From an uncultured delta proteobacterium (lineage in GTDB: Bacteria > Desulfobacterota > Binatia > UBA9968): a stretch of DNA of 64,000 nucleotides. The translations under genes were made by a program, and so were the position numbers. Shown piece by piece: positions 18,454-27,089 of this stretch (its first letter is position 1; every line of letters begins with the position of its first letter). The notes beneath the pieces were generated by a model, which did no database searches, was not told the DNA's origin, and worked only from the letters and a program-made list of their open reading frames with translations. The stretch spans positions 416,001 to 480,000 of the forward strand of contig CAWFJP010000004.1 in the NCBI GenBank assembly GCA_963816145.1. Direction: 5' to 3'.

Positions 18454-18885
18454 ATGACGACGCAATCAAATCCATTCCTCGCACTAATATTATCGGCGAT
18501 CCTTCCCGGCCTCGGGCAAATCTACAATCACGAGCGCAAAAAAGGCTGGGTGATTCTCACCTGCTCCGCCGTTTTGGCCATAGCCACTTATTGGCTCGGC
18601 GATTTCAACGCAATTACTACCGCGCTCGCGTTTTTGCTCCTGTGGTCGAGCGCGATTATCGACGCCTACAAAGTCGCCAAGTCGGCCGGCCAGGCGGCGG
18701 AATTCTATTACGCCAGAGCTTACGTGGTCGCGATGTTGCTGCTGGTCGGACCGCTGGCTTTGCCGCTGCTCTGGCAGAGCCCGAACTTTTCAAACCCGGC
18801 TCGCTGGGTGTGGACGGTGATCGTTACTGGTGCGGCGCTGATGTTTATCGCGACGCCGTATTTGCTCAAGTGGGTGATCGGTTAG
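18454..18885 (+). CDS. Small integral membrane protein (TM2/DUF5683-like N-terminus)
   Basis: ALILSAILPGLGQIYN..KKG motif; 4-5 hydrophobic helices; GPLALPLLWQSP. Confidence 0.7.
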   Translation: MTTQSNPFLALILSAILPGLGQIYNHERKKGWVILTCSAVLAIATYWLGDFNAITTALAFLLLWSSAIIDAYKVAKSAGQAAEFYYARAYVVAMLLLVGPLALPLLWQSPNFSNPARWVWTVIVTGAALMFIATPYLLKWVIG

Positions 18886-19096
18886 AAGGCTGCGGCTTGT
18901 ATTCCATTCCCCGTAGCTCGCGTGGTTTATTTCATTGTCTTTCTCCGAGGACCGTCATTCCCGCATGCTTTAAGCGGGAATCCAGGCGAGTCCGGATCTG
19001 GACCGCCGATAAAAACATTCGGGGGTGCCCCCTACTAGATAACTCGCTCTTCCACACTCGGATATTCATAGCAGACCGTCCGCGGTAAACCTCGTC

Positions 19097-19465
19097 TCAG
19101 TGCGGCCAGCCATGCTGGGATAGATCGACAGGGTTGCCGTCGGGGTCGAGGACGCGGTATTCGGCTTCGCGATTGGGCGGTCGCTTTCTTACATCGGTTG
19201 CCGCGCCGAGTCCGTTACACGCTTCGCGCACCGCGGCGACATCTTCGACTTCGAAGCCGAAGTGGTTGATGCCGGTCTGAAGCTGCGGCCCTTCGATCTC
19301 GCGTTCCGGACCGATCGGGATAATCGCCAGATTGATATGACCGTCGGTGAGATAGGTCGCCGTGCCGACGCCGTGGACGATCTTCAGGCCGAAGCCCTCG
19401 GTGTAAAACTTAACCAACTTGTCGACGTCTTCGGTGAGAATTGCAAGATGACGGATGCGTGCCAT
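19097..19465 (-). CDS. VOC/glyoxalase family protein
   Basis: IRHLAI, FYTEGFGL, GINHFGFEVED, DPDGNPVDL. Confidence 0.9.
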   Translation of the reverse strand: MARIRHLAILTEDVDKLVKFYTEGFGLKIVHGVGTATYLTDGHINLAIIPIGPEREIEGPQLQTGINHFGFEVEDVAAVREACNGLGAATDVRKRPPNREAEYRVLDPDGNPVDLSQHGWPH

Positions 19466-19567
19466 CGCTGCCTCCTTTGCGAACGACCGCAGGGTAGCAT
19501 GGATTGTTCATGCTTGACTATCGTCGATGATCTTTCCAAGACACTAGGAAGCTGTTAACATTTTTAC

Positions 19568-19849
19568 GTGGAATTCGAGTGGGACCCGAGGAAGGCGGCT
19601 CAGAATTTACGTAAACACGGGGTTTCATTTCATGAAGCCGCGACGGTTTTTGGTGATCTGTTGAGCACCACGGTCGCCGATCCAGATCACTCTGTAAACG
19701 AGGAGCGATATATTACTGTTGGCATGTCCGATCGGCGGCGGCTCGTGATCGTCGCTCATACTGCGAGGGGCGAGCGAATCCGTATCATCAGCGCGCGCGA
19801 ACTGACCCGAACTGAAAGAGAAGTATATGAAGAAGAAACAAAAAAATAG
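19568..19849 (+). CDS. brnT: BrnT family toxin
   Basis: MEFEWDPRKAAQNLRKHGVSF.EA..VF.D, EERYITVG, RIRIISAR. Confidence 0.92.
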   Translation: MEFEWDPRKAAQNLRKHGVSFHEAATVFGDLLSTTVADPDHSVNEERYITVGMSDRRRLVIVAHTARGERIRIISARELTRTEREVYEEETKK

Positions 19850-20078
19850 CATGGCGGACGAGCTGCGGCCTGAATATGACCTTCGCAGTTTGCTGAAGCA
19901 CGGTGTCAGAGGAAAATACGCGGAACGTTATCGCGCTGGGACTAATTTAGTCCTGTTAGCTCCGGACGTCGCTAAGGCGTTCGCGAACAATACGGAAGCA
20001 GTCAACGAAGCGCTGCGATTAGTGATTCAGTTGACCAAGGTTCCATTGGGGAAAAAAACACAGGCCGCCAAGTCTTAA
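19827..20078 (+). CDS. BrnA-like antitoxin
   Basis: Overlaps brnT; DELRPEYDL, GVRGKYAERY, LAPDVAKAF...AVNEALR. Confidence 0.8.
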   Translation: MKKKQKNSMADELRPEYDLRSLLKHGVRGKYAERYRAGTNLVLLAPDVAKAFANNTEAVNEALRLVIQLTKVPLGKKTQAAKS

Positions 20079-20144
20079 TCGTTTGTTAAAACCCGTGCAG
20101 ATTCCCTCCCTGAATTTCCGCGGAAACTGGAATCGCCGGGCTGT

Positions 20145-21131
20145 TCAGAACTTCAACCCTTCGGCAAACTTCTCTTGTTTCAATCGCTCGATGATCGAGC
20201 CATCGACGAACTCCTTGGGGTCGCGTTTGGGGGCGTCGGGGTATTCTTTGCCGAAGTTTTCCAGGATGACTTTGATGCCGTCGAGCGTCGGCGCCATGTA
20301 GTCGGGCATCAGCGAGGCGACGAAGTCGAACTCGGTCGCCATCAGTTTGGGATCGCTGATCTTCATGTACTTGCCGATGGTGCGCTCGCTTTCGGCACGG
20401 TTGCGCTTCATGGTGACGATCGCTTCGGTGGCGCATTTCATGTAGCGGTAGGCAAGCTCGCGGTTTTTCACTAGCCAGCTTTCTTCGACTACCACTGAAG
20501 TCCAAGGAAATGGGATCGCCATCTGCTGGGCGGTGGCCAGCACGCGGAAGCCGAGCGCGCGGGCATTGTCGGTGGCGGCGGCGCCGAGGAAGGTGTATTG
20601 GACGGTGCCGGCTTTCAAGGCGGCGACGCGGCTGGAGTCGCCGCCCATCTGGAGCATCTTCAAATCGCGGTCGACGTTCAGGCCATTCTTGCGGAACAGA
20701 TAGCGGAATCCCTGGTCGGTGGAGGAGCCGAAGCGCGAGATGCCGGCAAACTTTCCGGCCAACTCGGGGATGCTTTTGATGTCGGGATGGACGATCAGAT
20801 TCGACGCCAGCCAGGGCAGCGGATTGCCCAAGATCGTCAACTTGATGCCGCGCAGGCGGGCTTCGATGGACACCGGCCCGCCGCCGGCGATCTGCACGCT
20901 GCCGCCGAGCAGGGCGGCGATATTCATGGTGCCGCTGTTGATGTAGAGCAGCTCGCCTTCGAGGCCATGTTTGGCGAAGATGCCGCGGTCCAGGGCGACC
21001 CACAAGAAAGCCTGCGTAGCGTTGATTGCCGAATAGGAGATACGTAGTTTGTCGGCGCCGGCGGCGTAGGGAGTCGGCGCAACGAGTGCGAATAATACCA
21101 GCAGAGCGAAGTAAAATTTGCGATTGATCAT
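20145..21131 (-). CDS. ABC substrate-binding protein (NMT1/TauA/SsuA-like)
   Basis: Signal peptide; LWVALDRGIFAKHGL, GISRFGSSTD, FVDGSII..L motifs. Confidence 0.88.
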   Translation of the reverse strand: MINRKFYFALLVLFALVAPTPYAAGADKLRISYSAINATQAFLWVALDRGIFAKHGLEGELLYINSGTMNIAALLGGSVQIAGGGPVSIEARLRGIKLTILGNPLPWLASNLIVHPDIKSIPELAGKFAGISRFGSSTDQGFRYLFRKNGLNVDRDLKMLQMGGDSSRVAALKAGTVQYTFLGAAATDNARALGFRVLATAQQMAIPFPWTSVVVEESWLVKNRELAYRYMKCATEAIVTMKRNRAESERTIGKYMKISDPKLMATEFDFVASLMPDYMAPTLDGIKVILENFGKEYPDAPKRDPKEFVDGSIIERLKQEKFAEGLKF

Positions 21132-21189
21132 GACCGATTGGATACAGTGCTTCCGGCATTGAGGTCAAGGGATTGAGTTCACCGACGGC

Positions 21190-21260
21190 AGAGATCCCTC
21201 CCTTCGTTCGGGATGACATCAACGCAAGAACTGTCATTTCGAGCGCAGCGAGAAATCTCT
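21190..21260. repeat. TGTCAT..GAGCGCAGCGAG..ATCT REP-like inverted pair; related pair at 32229-32310
   Basis: AGATCCCTCCCTTCGTTCGGGATGACA and TGTCATTTCGAGCGCAGCGAGAAATCT. Confidence 0.7.
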
Positions 21261-21349
21261 TCTGCGCGGCGCATCCCTGGGTAAAGGCACTGTACTGGGG
21301 ATTGTATTGGGGCCGGATGCTGATTTATAAACTACATGGAGGATATTTC

Positions 21350-21760
21350 ATGGCAACCCGTTGGTTATTCAAGACCGAACCGAGCGTGTATTCGTATCAG
21401 CAGCTGGTCAAAGACAAATCGACCAGGTGGGACGGCGTGGCGAACAACCTCGCGCTGATGCATTTGAAGGACATCAAAAAAGGCGATCAGATCTTCATCT
21501 ATCACACCGGCGACGAGCGCCAGGCGGTGGGCATCGCCCGGGCTCTGGGCGGCGCCTACTCCGATCCGGAAAAGGACAATCCGCGCATGCTGGTGGTCGA
21601 CATCGAGCCGGTGAAAGCCCTGGCCAAGCCGGTGACCTTGGCTGAAGTCAAAGCCGACAAGAAGCTGGCCAAATTCGATCTCGTGCGCAATTCGCGCTTG
21701 TCGATCATGAAGCTCACCGAAGAGCAGTGGGATGCGATGATGGAGATGGCGAAGAAGTGA
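21350..21760 (+). CDS. EVE domain protein
   Basis: WLFKTEPSVYS, WDGVANN.A, KKGDQIFIYHTG, PVTLAEVK, LVRNSRLSIM; RBS GGAGG. Confidence 0.92.
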   Translation: MATRWLFKTEPSVYSYQQLVKDKSTRWDGVANNLALMHLKDIKKGDQIFIYHTGDERQAVGIARALGGAYSDPEKDNPRMLVVDIEPVKALAKPVTLAEVKADKKLAKFDLVRNSRLSIMKLTEEQWDAMMEMAKK

Positions 21761-21822
21761 AAAAATAGGCGCGAGGCATGAGGCTTGAGGCGCGAGTAAG
21801 ACAAAAGAAAGAGGATTTATTC

Positions 21823-22794
21823 ATGGCAGAAGAACATAAGCACGAGCATACGGGCGATCATTCGCACGGGCACGACCATCATGACGACAAGCATGGCCAG
21901 GAACACGGTCACGATCACGATCATGCGGCGCATGAACACGCGCATGCCGACGACCACGGGCATTCCCACGATCACGATCACGGTCATTCCCATGGACACG
22001 ACCATACATCGCGCTTCAAAGACCCGGCCCACGCGGCGGAGTTCGACCAACGCGGCTTGTCGGACATGCGCAGCCAGCTGACGGTCAAGTTGATCGAGGC
22101 GTTGACGCTCAAGGGCGGCGAAGCGATTTTGGATTTGGCCACCGGCACAGGGCGCGTCGCCCGGCCGCTGTCGAAGCAGATGCAGTCCGGGCGCATCGTC
22201 GGCGTCGACGAGGCGCTGGCGATGCTCGATATCGGCCATCATCACAAAGATCCGATCGAGCGTTATGAATTGAGCGCCGGCGAGGCGGATAAGCTGCCGT
22301 TCAAGTCCGGCACCTTCGACCGCGCCTTCGTGTCGTTCAGCCTGCATCATTTCGGCAATCCCGCCGGCGTGGTCGGTGAAGTCCAGCGCGTGCTCAAACC
22401 GAGCGGCCGCTTCGTCGTCCTCGATCCGGTTATCGAGGAGTCGAAAGATGCCATCGACGTGGCGCTGGAGGCCAAGATCAATCAGGTCTTTCGCCGCACC
22501 CATGGCGAGGGCTTTCGCTTTCACACCGTCAGCAGCATCGAACGTTTGCTGACCAAGGCGGGTTACCGGGTGCCGCGCAAGAGCGTGATTTCCTACCCGT
22601 TCAACCAAGAAGGCATGGACGGCATTCCCACCGGCCGCCATTGGCTCGAAGCGGCGCTGGAGTTGGAAAAGGAAGCGCCGGAGCTGGCCGAGCGCATGAA
22701 GAAAAACTATTTCACCTGGCACACCCACGGCGATCATTCCCATGTGAAGGGAAGTTTTTCCTACGCGCTGATCACCGGGGTGAAACCGGCGTGA
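21823..22794 (+). CDS. Class I SAM methyltransferase (UbiE-like) with His-rich N-terminus
   Basis: 25 His in the first 61 aa; ILDLATGTG, LPFKSGTFD, SLHHF, RVLKPSG. Confidence 0.88.
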   Translation: MAEEHKHEHTGDHSHGHDHHDDKHGQEHGHDHDHAAHEHAHADDHGHSHDHDHGHSHGHDHTSRFKDPAHAAEFDQRGLSDMRSQLTVKLIEALTLKGGEAILDLATGTGRVARPLSKQMQSGRIVGVDEALAMLDIGHHHKDPIERYELSAGEADKLPFKSGTFDRAFVSFSLHHFGNPAGVVGEVQRVLKPSGRFVVLDPVIEESKDAIDVALEAKINQVFRRTHGEGFRFHTVSSIERLLTKAGYRVPRKSVISYPFNQEGMDGIPTGRHWLEAALELEKEAPELAERMKKNYFTWHTHGDHSHVKGSFSYALITGVKPA

Positions 22795-22915
22795 AGTGAG
22801 AGTAGCCAGAAGTCAGTAGTCAGAAATCAGTACTCGGACGTCCGATCCCGAACTTCTGGCTTCTGAATTCTGGCTCCTGACTTCCAGTGTTAGTTCTGAA
22901 TTTCAAGGAGCGACA

Positions 22916-23176
22916 ATGAAGAAAGCCGACTTCCGAACATTCTACAAAGACGCCCATGCCGTCGAGTGTCTGACCGAGCGCGAGAAGATGCTGATGGGGC
23001 TCGCGGTCGCGATGATGCGGCTGTGCGATCCGTGAGTGGAGCGGCGCCTTGCGGACGCAAGGAAAGCGGGGATGACGGAGGAAGAGTTGGACGCTGCGGT
23101 GGATGTGATCGCGGCGGTGGACGCGGGGGTTTTGCAGTCGCTCAATCAGCGGATGAAGGCGCGGAACAAGAATTAG
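22916..23176 (+). CDS. AhpD/carboxymuconolactone decarboxylase (CMD)-like selenoprotein, 86 aa, CxxU motif (absent from ORF track)
   Basis: RBS AAGGAG; MKKADFRTFYKDAHAVECLTEREKMLMGLAVAMMRLCDP-U(TGA 23033-23035)-VERRLADARKAGMTEEELDAAVDVIAAV...; CMD pattern on both sides of the UGA; SECIS hairpin. Confidence 0.8.
23047..23062 (+). promoter_or_regulatory. Bacterial SECIS element of the CMD-like gene
   Basis: CCTTGC-GGAC-GCAAGG hairpin starting 11 nt after the UGA. Confidence 0.7.
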
Positions 23177-23304
23177 CGGTGTGCAACTAGGCTTTGCGAG
23201 AACGGAAATTGCGGCGTTCGGATTTATCATCAGTGTGAATTGCTCAAATAGTCACAAAAGCCAATCCTGACACCTGTCACAAAGCTATAGCGAAAGGAGT
23301 AACC

Positions 23305-24195
23305 GTGACTCTTTGGAAAGTTTACTGCATGGAAGGTCACTATCCCGGTCTGTGGCACCGGCTTTATCGCCACCAATGCGTCGCGATTGGATGGCCGCCT
23401 CCGCGTAACAAGCTCAACGAGAAGGCGAAAGAGCGCGGATTCGCGAAAGCTTGCAAAGCTCTGTCTCGAATGGCTGTAGGGGATTACGTAATCGCCGCGT
23501 TAAAAAATCATCGTGTCGCGCGGCTGGGGCAGTTTACGGCCCTAGCAGTTGATGACGATGAGTGGGACCCGCTCGTGCCGAAGAGCAAGAACCGTCCGGT
23601 CGGACAGATGGGTCGACGGATTCAAGTGCGATGGGATCTAGCCTGCGGACCTACCGATCAGGATCTCGTGGTTTCGCTTCCTGAAGGTTCGCGGTTAGCA
23701 GTAAGCGAGCTTCTTCCAACAATCGCGTTGATAAAATCAATAACACTTACGAAACTGCGAAGGGCAATGAACGACCCGGCAAACTGGATTGGTTTGTTGG
23801 CGCATTTCGATCGCGAACGCGCGTTATCCGATTACATTGCTGGCCACCCGGATCATCTTGAAGACGGTTTGGTACCGCACCCTGACTCCAAGGTTCGCGA
23901 GAAAGTGTTTGCTGATCGGAAGCGGTCCGATGTACTGCTCTTAGATCGGGAGGAGCGGCCGGTAGTCGTTGAGTGCAAGCAAGGCGCGCCAACTGTTAAG
24001 CATCTGGAGCAACTGCGCCATTACATGAAGTTGGTTCAAAAGGAGACACGAAACAACAAGGTTCGGGGGATCTTGGTGCATGGCGGGTCCCTTAATCTCC
24101 GCCAAGAAGTGATTAAGGCGGCAAAGCGCGCTCCTGTGGTGGAGATCGTGCAGCACCACTTACACGTTGACTTCAATCGTGGCTATGCTGGGTAA
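23305..24195 (+). CDS. NucS/EndoMS-like PD-(D/E)XK nuclease fused to an N-terminal putative DNA-sensing domain
   Basis: C-terminal ERALSDYI..HP..LEDGL...RE...RSDVLLLD....PVVVECKQG...QLRHYM...VRGILV; N-terminal VAIGW, M.VGDYVI, RRIQVRW. Confidence 0.75.
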   Translation: MTLWKVYCMEGHYPGLWHRLYRHQCVAIGWPPPRNKLNEKAKERGFAKACKALSRMAVGDYVIAALKNHRVARLGQFTALAVDDDEWDPLVPKSKNRPVGQMGRRIQVRWDLACGPTDQDLVVSLPEGSRLAVSELLPTIALIKSITLTKLRRAMNDPANWIGLLAHFDRERALSDYIAGHPDHLEDGLVPHPDSKVREKVFADRKRSDVLLLDREERPVVVECKQGAPTVKHLEQLRHYMKLVQKETRNNKVRGILVHGGSLNLRQEVIKAAKRAPVVEIVQHHLHVDFNRGYAG

Positions 24196-24263
24196 CATTC
24201 GGCCGAGGCCGCGCCTAAATTGCAGCTCCAGCATTTGGCATTTCACGAACAACGGGGAAGGCT

Positions 24264-24944
24264 ATGAGCCAGCTTAATACGCATCGGAGTAAAGCAGAGT
24301 GGCCTGATCCGTGCCGTCGGGGCTTTCGCGGGACTCGAAGGCTGCAATCCCTTTCCGCGATCGTTAGCGATTATGCTAAACACCACGGTCAGAAGGCCAA
24401 AAAAGAGCTTCGCTACCTCCGAGCAATTCCCACCTTCGAAGATGCGGTCACCCAAGCGGGACTCGCACTTCGACCCGAACGCGATAGTAAAAAGAGATCG
24501 TCGCATCAGCGGCGCATTTCCAGAGCCGTCCTTGAACAAGCAACGCGGAGGTTGCGTCGGGCCAAGCTCAAAAGTGCAGCCTCGTTTGATGACTTAATCA
24601 AGCGGGTACGCATGGCAACCAAAGTCGTTGACGGCATCGGCGAGCTCTACGTCTATGATACCTCGCTTCGCATCGGCGCGTGGCTCCGCCTGCTACCCCG
24701 CAAAGTTTATCTGCATGCTGGTACAAGGCTTGGGGCGCAGGCACTCCATTTGGACCACCACGCGAAATCGCTTGCACCCAAAGATCTACCGTCCACGTTG
24801 CGACGTCTGCGACCTTATGAGATCGAGGATGTGCTATGTATCTACAAGGAGTGGCTTGGCAAGGCGAAATACGTAGGGCGACCCAATAGACGAAAGACAG
24901 CTATGAGAAGTTCGAACGGGGTCCACTCTGGGCCAAGACTATAG
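24264..24944 (+). CDS. Hypothetical protein with HhH-glycosylase/aGPT-Pplase-like motifs
   Basis: SFDDL, VDGIGELYVYDTSLRIG, VYLHAGTRLGA, EIEDVLCIYK; true start probably downstream of 24264. Confidence 0.55.
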   Translation: MSQLNTHRSKAEWPDPCRRGFRGTRRLQSLSAIVSDYAKHHGQKAKKELRYLRAIPTFEDAVTQAGLALRPERDSKKRSSHQRRISRAVLEQATRRLRRAKLKSAASFDDLIKRVRMATKVVDGIGELYVYDTSLRIGAWLRLLPRKVYLHAGTRLGAQALHLDHHAKSLAPKDLPSTLRRLRPYEIEDVLCIYKEWLGKAKYVGRPNRRKTAMRSSNGVHSGPRL

Positions 24945-24990
24945 CAGGTCGGTGAGCCGAGGAGCCGCTCGTGTGAGGAGCGATAAACAA

Positions 24991-25521
24991 CTACTTGAGC
25001 CCCGCCAGATAAAGCAGCTCTTGGCACACGGTCCGGAAGTCATCAGCAATTTTTTCAATGTCTTCCCGGTGCGAGTTGTATCGGCGACTGTGGGCCGATT
25101 GATCTCCGACGTTCTTGAGTTTCGGCAAAGCCTGTTTCGCATTCCTTCCGATATTCCACGACGGCTCTTGGATGAGCCTATCGATCAAATCCCGCAGAAA
25201 TAAGAAGTCGCCGGTTGAAGGATTTTTGATGCTGCCTGCTATTTGGTGCCTCTCAAAGCACTCGATGATTAGCGTTTCGATCAGTCGGCGCATCATCACC
25301 GCGCAACCGTCGAACCAGCCCTTCTCGTAGCAACCGTTAATCTGAAAGACCACGCGCTCGATGTAGCCGCGAGTGCCCTTCACCATCGCGTGCGGCAACA
25401 CGAACTCGTTAAGCGGTCGAGTCCCTTCCGACGGAGGAACAAAGTTTTTCGGAGCTTCTGCACGAAGTTTTTTGACTAGATCGACAACCGCTTTAACGTC
25501 GGGGGGAAGTGGATTAGACAC
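24991..25521 (-). CDS. HEPN/DUF4145-like protein
   Basis: INGCYEKGWFDGCAVMMRRLIETLI, LRDLI, KNVGDQSAH; GTG start overlaps the upstream stop by 8 nt. Confidence 0.7.
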   Translation of the reverse strand: MSNPLPPDVKAVVDLVKKLRAEAPKNFVPPSEGTRPLNEFVLPHAMVKGTRGYIERVVFQINGCYEKGWFDGCAVMMRRLIETLIIECFERHQIAGSIKNPSTGDFLFLRDLIDRLIQEPSWNIGRNAKQALPKLKNVGDQSAHSRRYNSHREDIEKIADDFRTVCQELLYLAGLK

Positions 25522-26182
25522 GTCTGTATATGTGTTTCGCCATGCTTGCAAAGATTAACTCGATTTGATCCGCTGAAGCGTCGGCAGAAATATGAATTTC
25601 AAGATTGATGTGAACTCCCGGTGCAGCAGGAGGATTTGAAAGTGCCGGATTAAAATCCGGGTTAGCAGGTGGATCGACAGCCAGTCGCTGTTTGGCTTGT
25701 TTCGCTTTTGGTCGTGTCGATTTGACCGCTTTCGCAGGCGTCTCTTTATCTGGCTGTTTCGACGCGTCAGCCTCTACAAGCACGGTGTACAGCGCGGCCA
25801 TCCGTCGTGCCGCGTTCTCCCCAGCACCTGATTGGCGGGCAAACCATCTTTCGGCTGCACCCCGATTCTCTGTCGGTTTTGAGACCGCATCTAGCAATTC
25901 CTTGGGAAACACGTCGTTTAAAATATCACGGCACACTTCCGGATAGTGATGGTCGTCGCGCCACAGTTTGGCGCGCTCGGTGGTCTTGCCTTCTTCGTCA
26001 ATGATCCCCAACACTTTGAGAAACGGTAAAACATTGGCGTTGGCGGAATTCTCCGCCATGTTCAAAACGGTTGCCAAGTACGAACCCGTAACCACACCTG
26101 GTAAGCTCTGCTTGAACTTCTTTCGCAGATTCCACCAGTGAGCGATCGGCAACATCGGGAAGCTCCTCTTCGGTTCGGCCAT
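25514..26182 (-). CDS. DUF5343-like protein
   Basis: YLATVLNMAENSANANVLPFLKVLGIIDEEGKTTERA..WRDD; C-terminal VHINLEIHISADAS.DQI..IFASMAKH; RBS AGGAGG. Confidence 0.7.
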   Translation of the reverse strand: MAEPKRSFPMLPIAHWWNLRKKFKQSLPGVVTGSYLATVLNMAENSANANVLPFLKVLGIIDEEGKTTERAKLWRDDHHYPEVCRDILNDVFPKELLDAVSKPTENRGAAERWFARQSGAGENAARRMAALYTVLVEADASKQPDKETPAKAVKSTRPKAKQAKQRLAVDPPANPDFNPALSNPPAAPGVHINLEIHISADASADQIELIFASMAKHIYRRV

Positions 26183-26262
26183 CTACTATCCTCCTAATCG
26201 CTTTTGTCGAAAGTACCAGGCTTCGTTAATTTGATTTTTGTCCAATGTCTAATAAGTCAAAG

Positions 26263-26325
26263 TCAAACATTCAAAAGAATTCGAGGCAAACGCGGCGAGA
26301 GATTCTGGTCGAAAAGGAGCTTCAT
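26263..26325 (-). pseudogene. Truncated DUF5615/PIN-family toxin (first ~17 codons only)
   Basis: ATGA-coupled to DUF433; MKLLFDQNLSPRLPRILLNV* is a typical DUF5615 N-terminus that then stops. Confidence 0.65.
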
Positions 26326-26546
26326 CCCGGAAGAGTTGCGAGCTTGCGCTCGCGGTCGGCAGCGAAAGCGAGGCACGCGCGGATATCTTCAGCGGTAAGA
26401 TCGGGAAATTCAGCCAGCAATTCTTCCTGCGTCATGCCTCCTGCAAGGTATTCCAGCACGTCGGTCACCGTCATTCTCGTACCGCGAATGCAGGGCTTGC
26501 CGCTTCGCTTATCCGGCTCAATGGTAATGATTCTCTGATAATCCAT
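26322..26546 (-). CDS. DUF433 family antitoxin
   Basis: ITIEPDKRSGKPCIRGTRMTV.DVLEYLAGGMT.EELL.EFPDLT.EDIRACLAFAA. Confidence 0.9.
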   Translation of the reverse strand: MDYQRIITIEPDKRSGKPCIRGTRMTVTDVLEYLAGGMTQEELLAEFPDLTAEDIRACLAFAADRERKLATLPG

Positions 26547-27089
26547 AACCAGATAATACCACAACCCAGGGTCTCCGGAGAAGGCTCGCTTTCTCGCTTG
26601 CTAGACTGATATGAAATGGGTAGTTCAGCGGTCTGTTTTCCTCCATTCTCCCCTCGTCGCAGTCGTGTGCAGATAGTCTCCGACGCGTTGTTGGTATGAA
26701 TCAGCTAACATAAGCAATTAACCAAACAATGCCTGTCCTACTCGAACACTGACACCTGCTCACCCGTGTTTTTCGTTGCCATGTTTCTTGTTCTCCTTGC
26801 CCAACAAAGTCTTCAAGCGAAGTACCAACGATGATCGGCCGGTTGTATTGAGTCTATGAGGAAAAGCGCGCTCAAGAATGGGAAAGGATAGTGGCAGCGG
26901 CTTTGAACCGCACAATCCAGACTCAGGCCTACCCGTAAGCGCTTTAAGTTGTTTCTATCCAAGAGAACAAACGTTCTCTAGCCCTTATGCTTGTTTTGCG
27001 GCAGTATATTTAGCTAGAAGGTCTAATGAGGATAGCGCAGCACGACAGGGCAAGAATCATATCCCCACGCGTGTAGCTAGGAGAGCAGC

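Noticed and set aside
26738-26782. Minus-strand 14-aa ORF MATKNTGEQVSVFE behind a strong AAGGAG
   Set aside because: Too short to assign; no RiPP-like features or maturases nearby; may be a gene remnant
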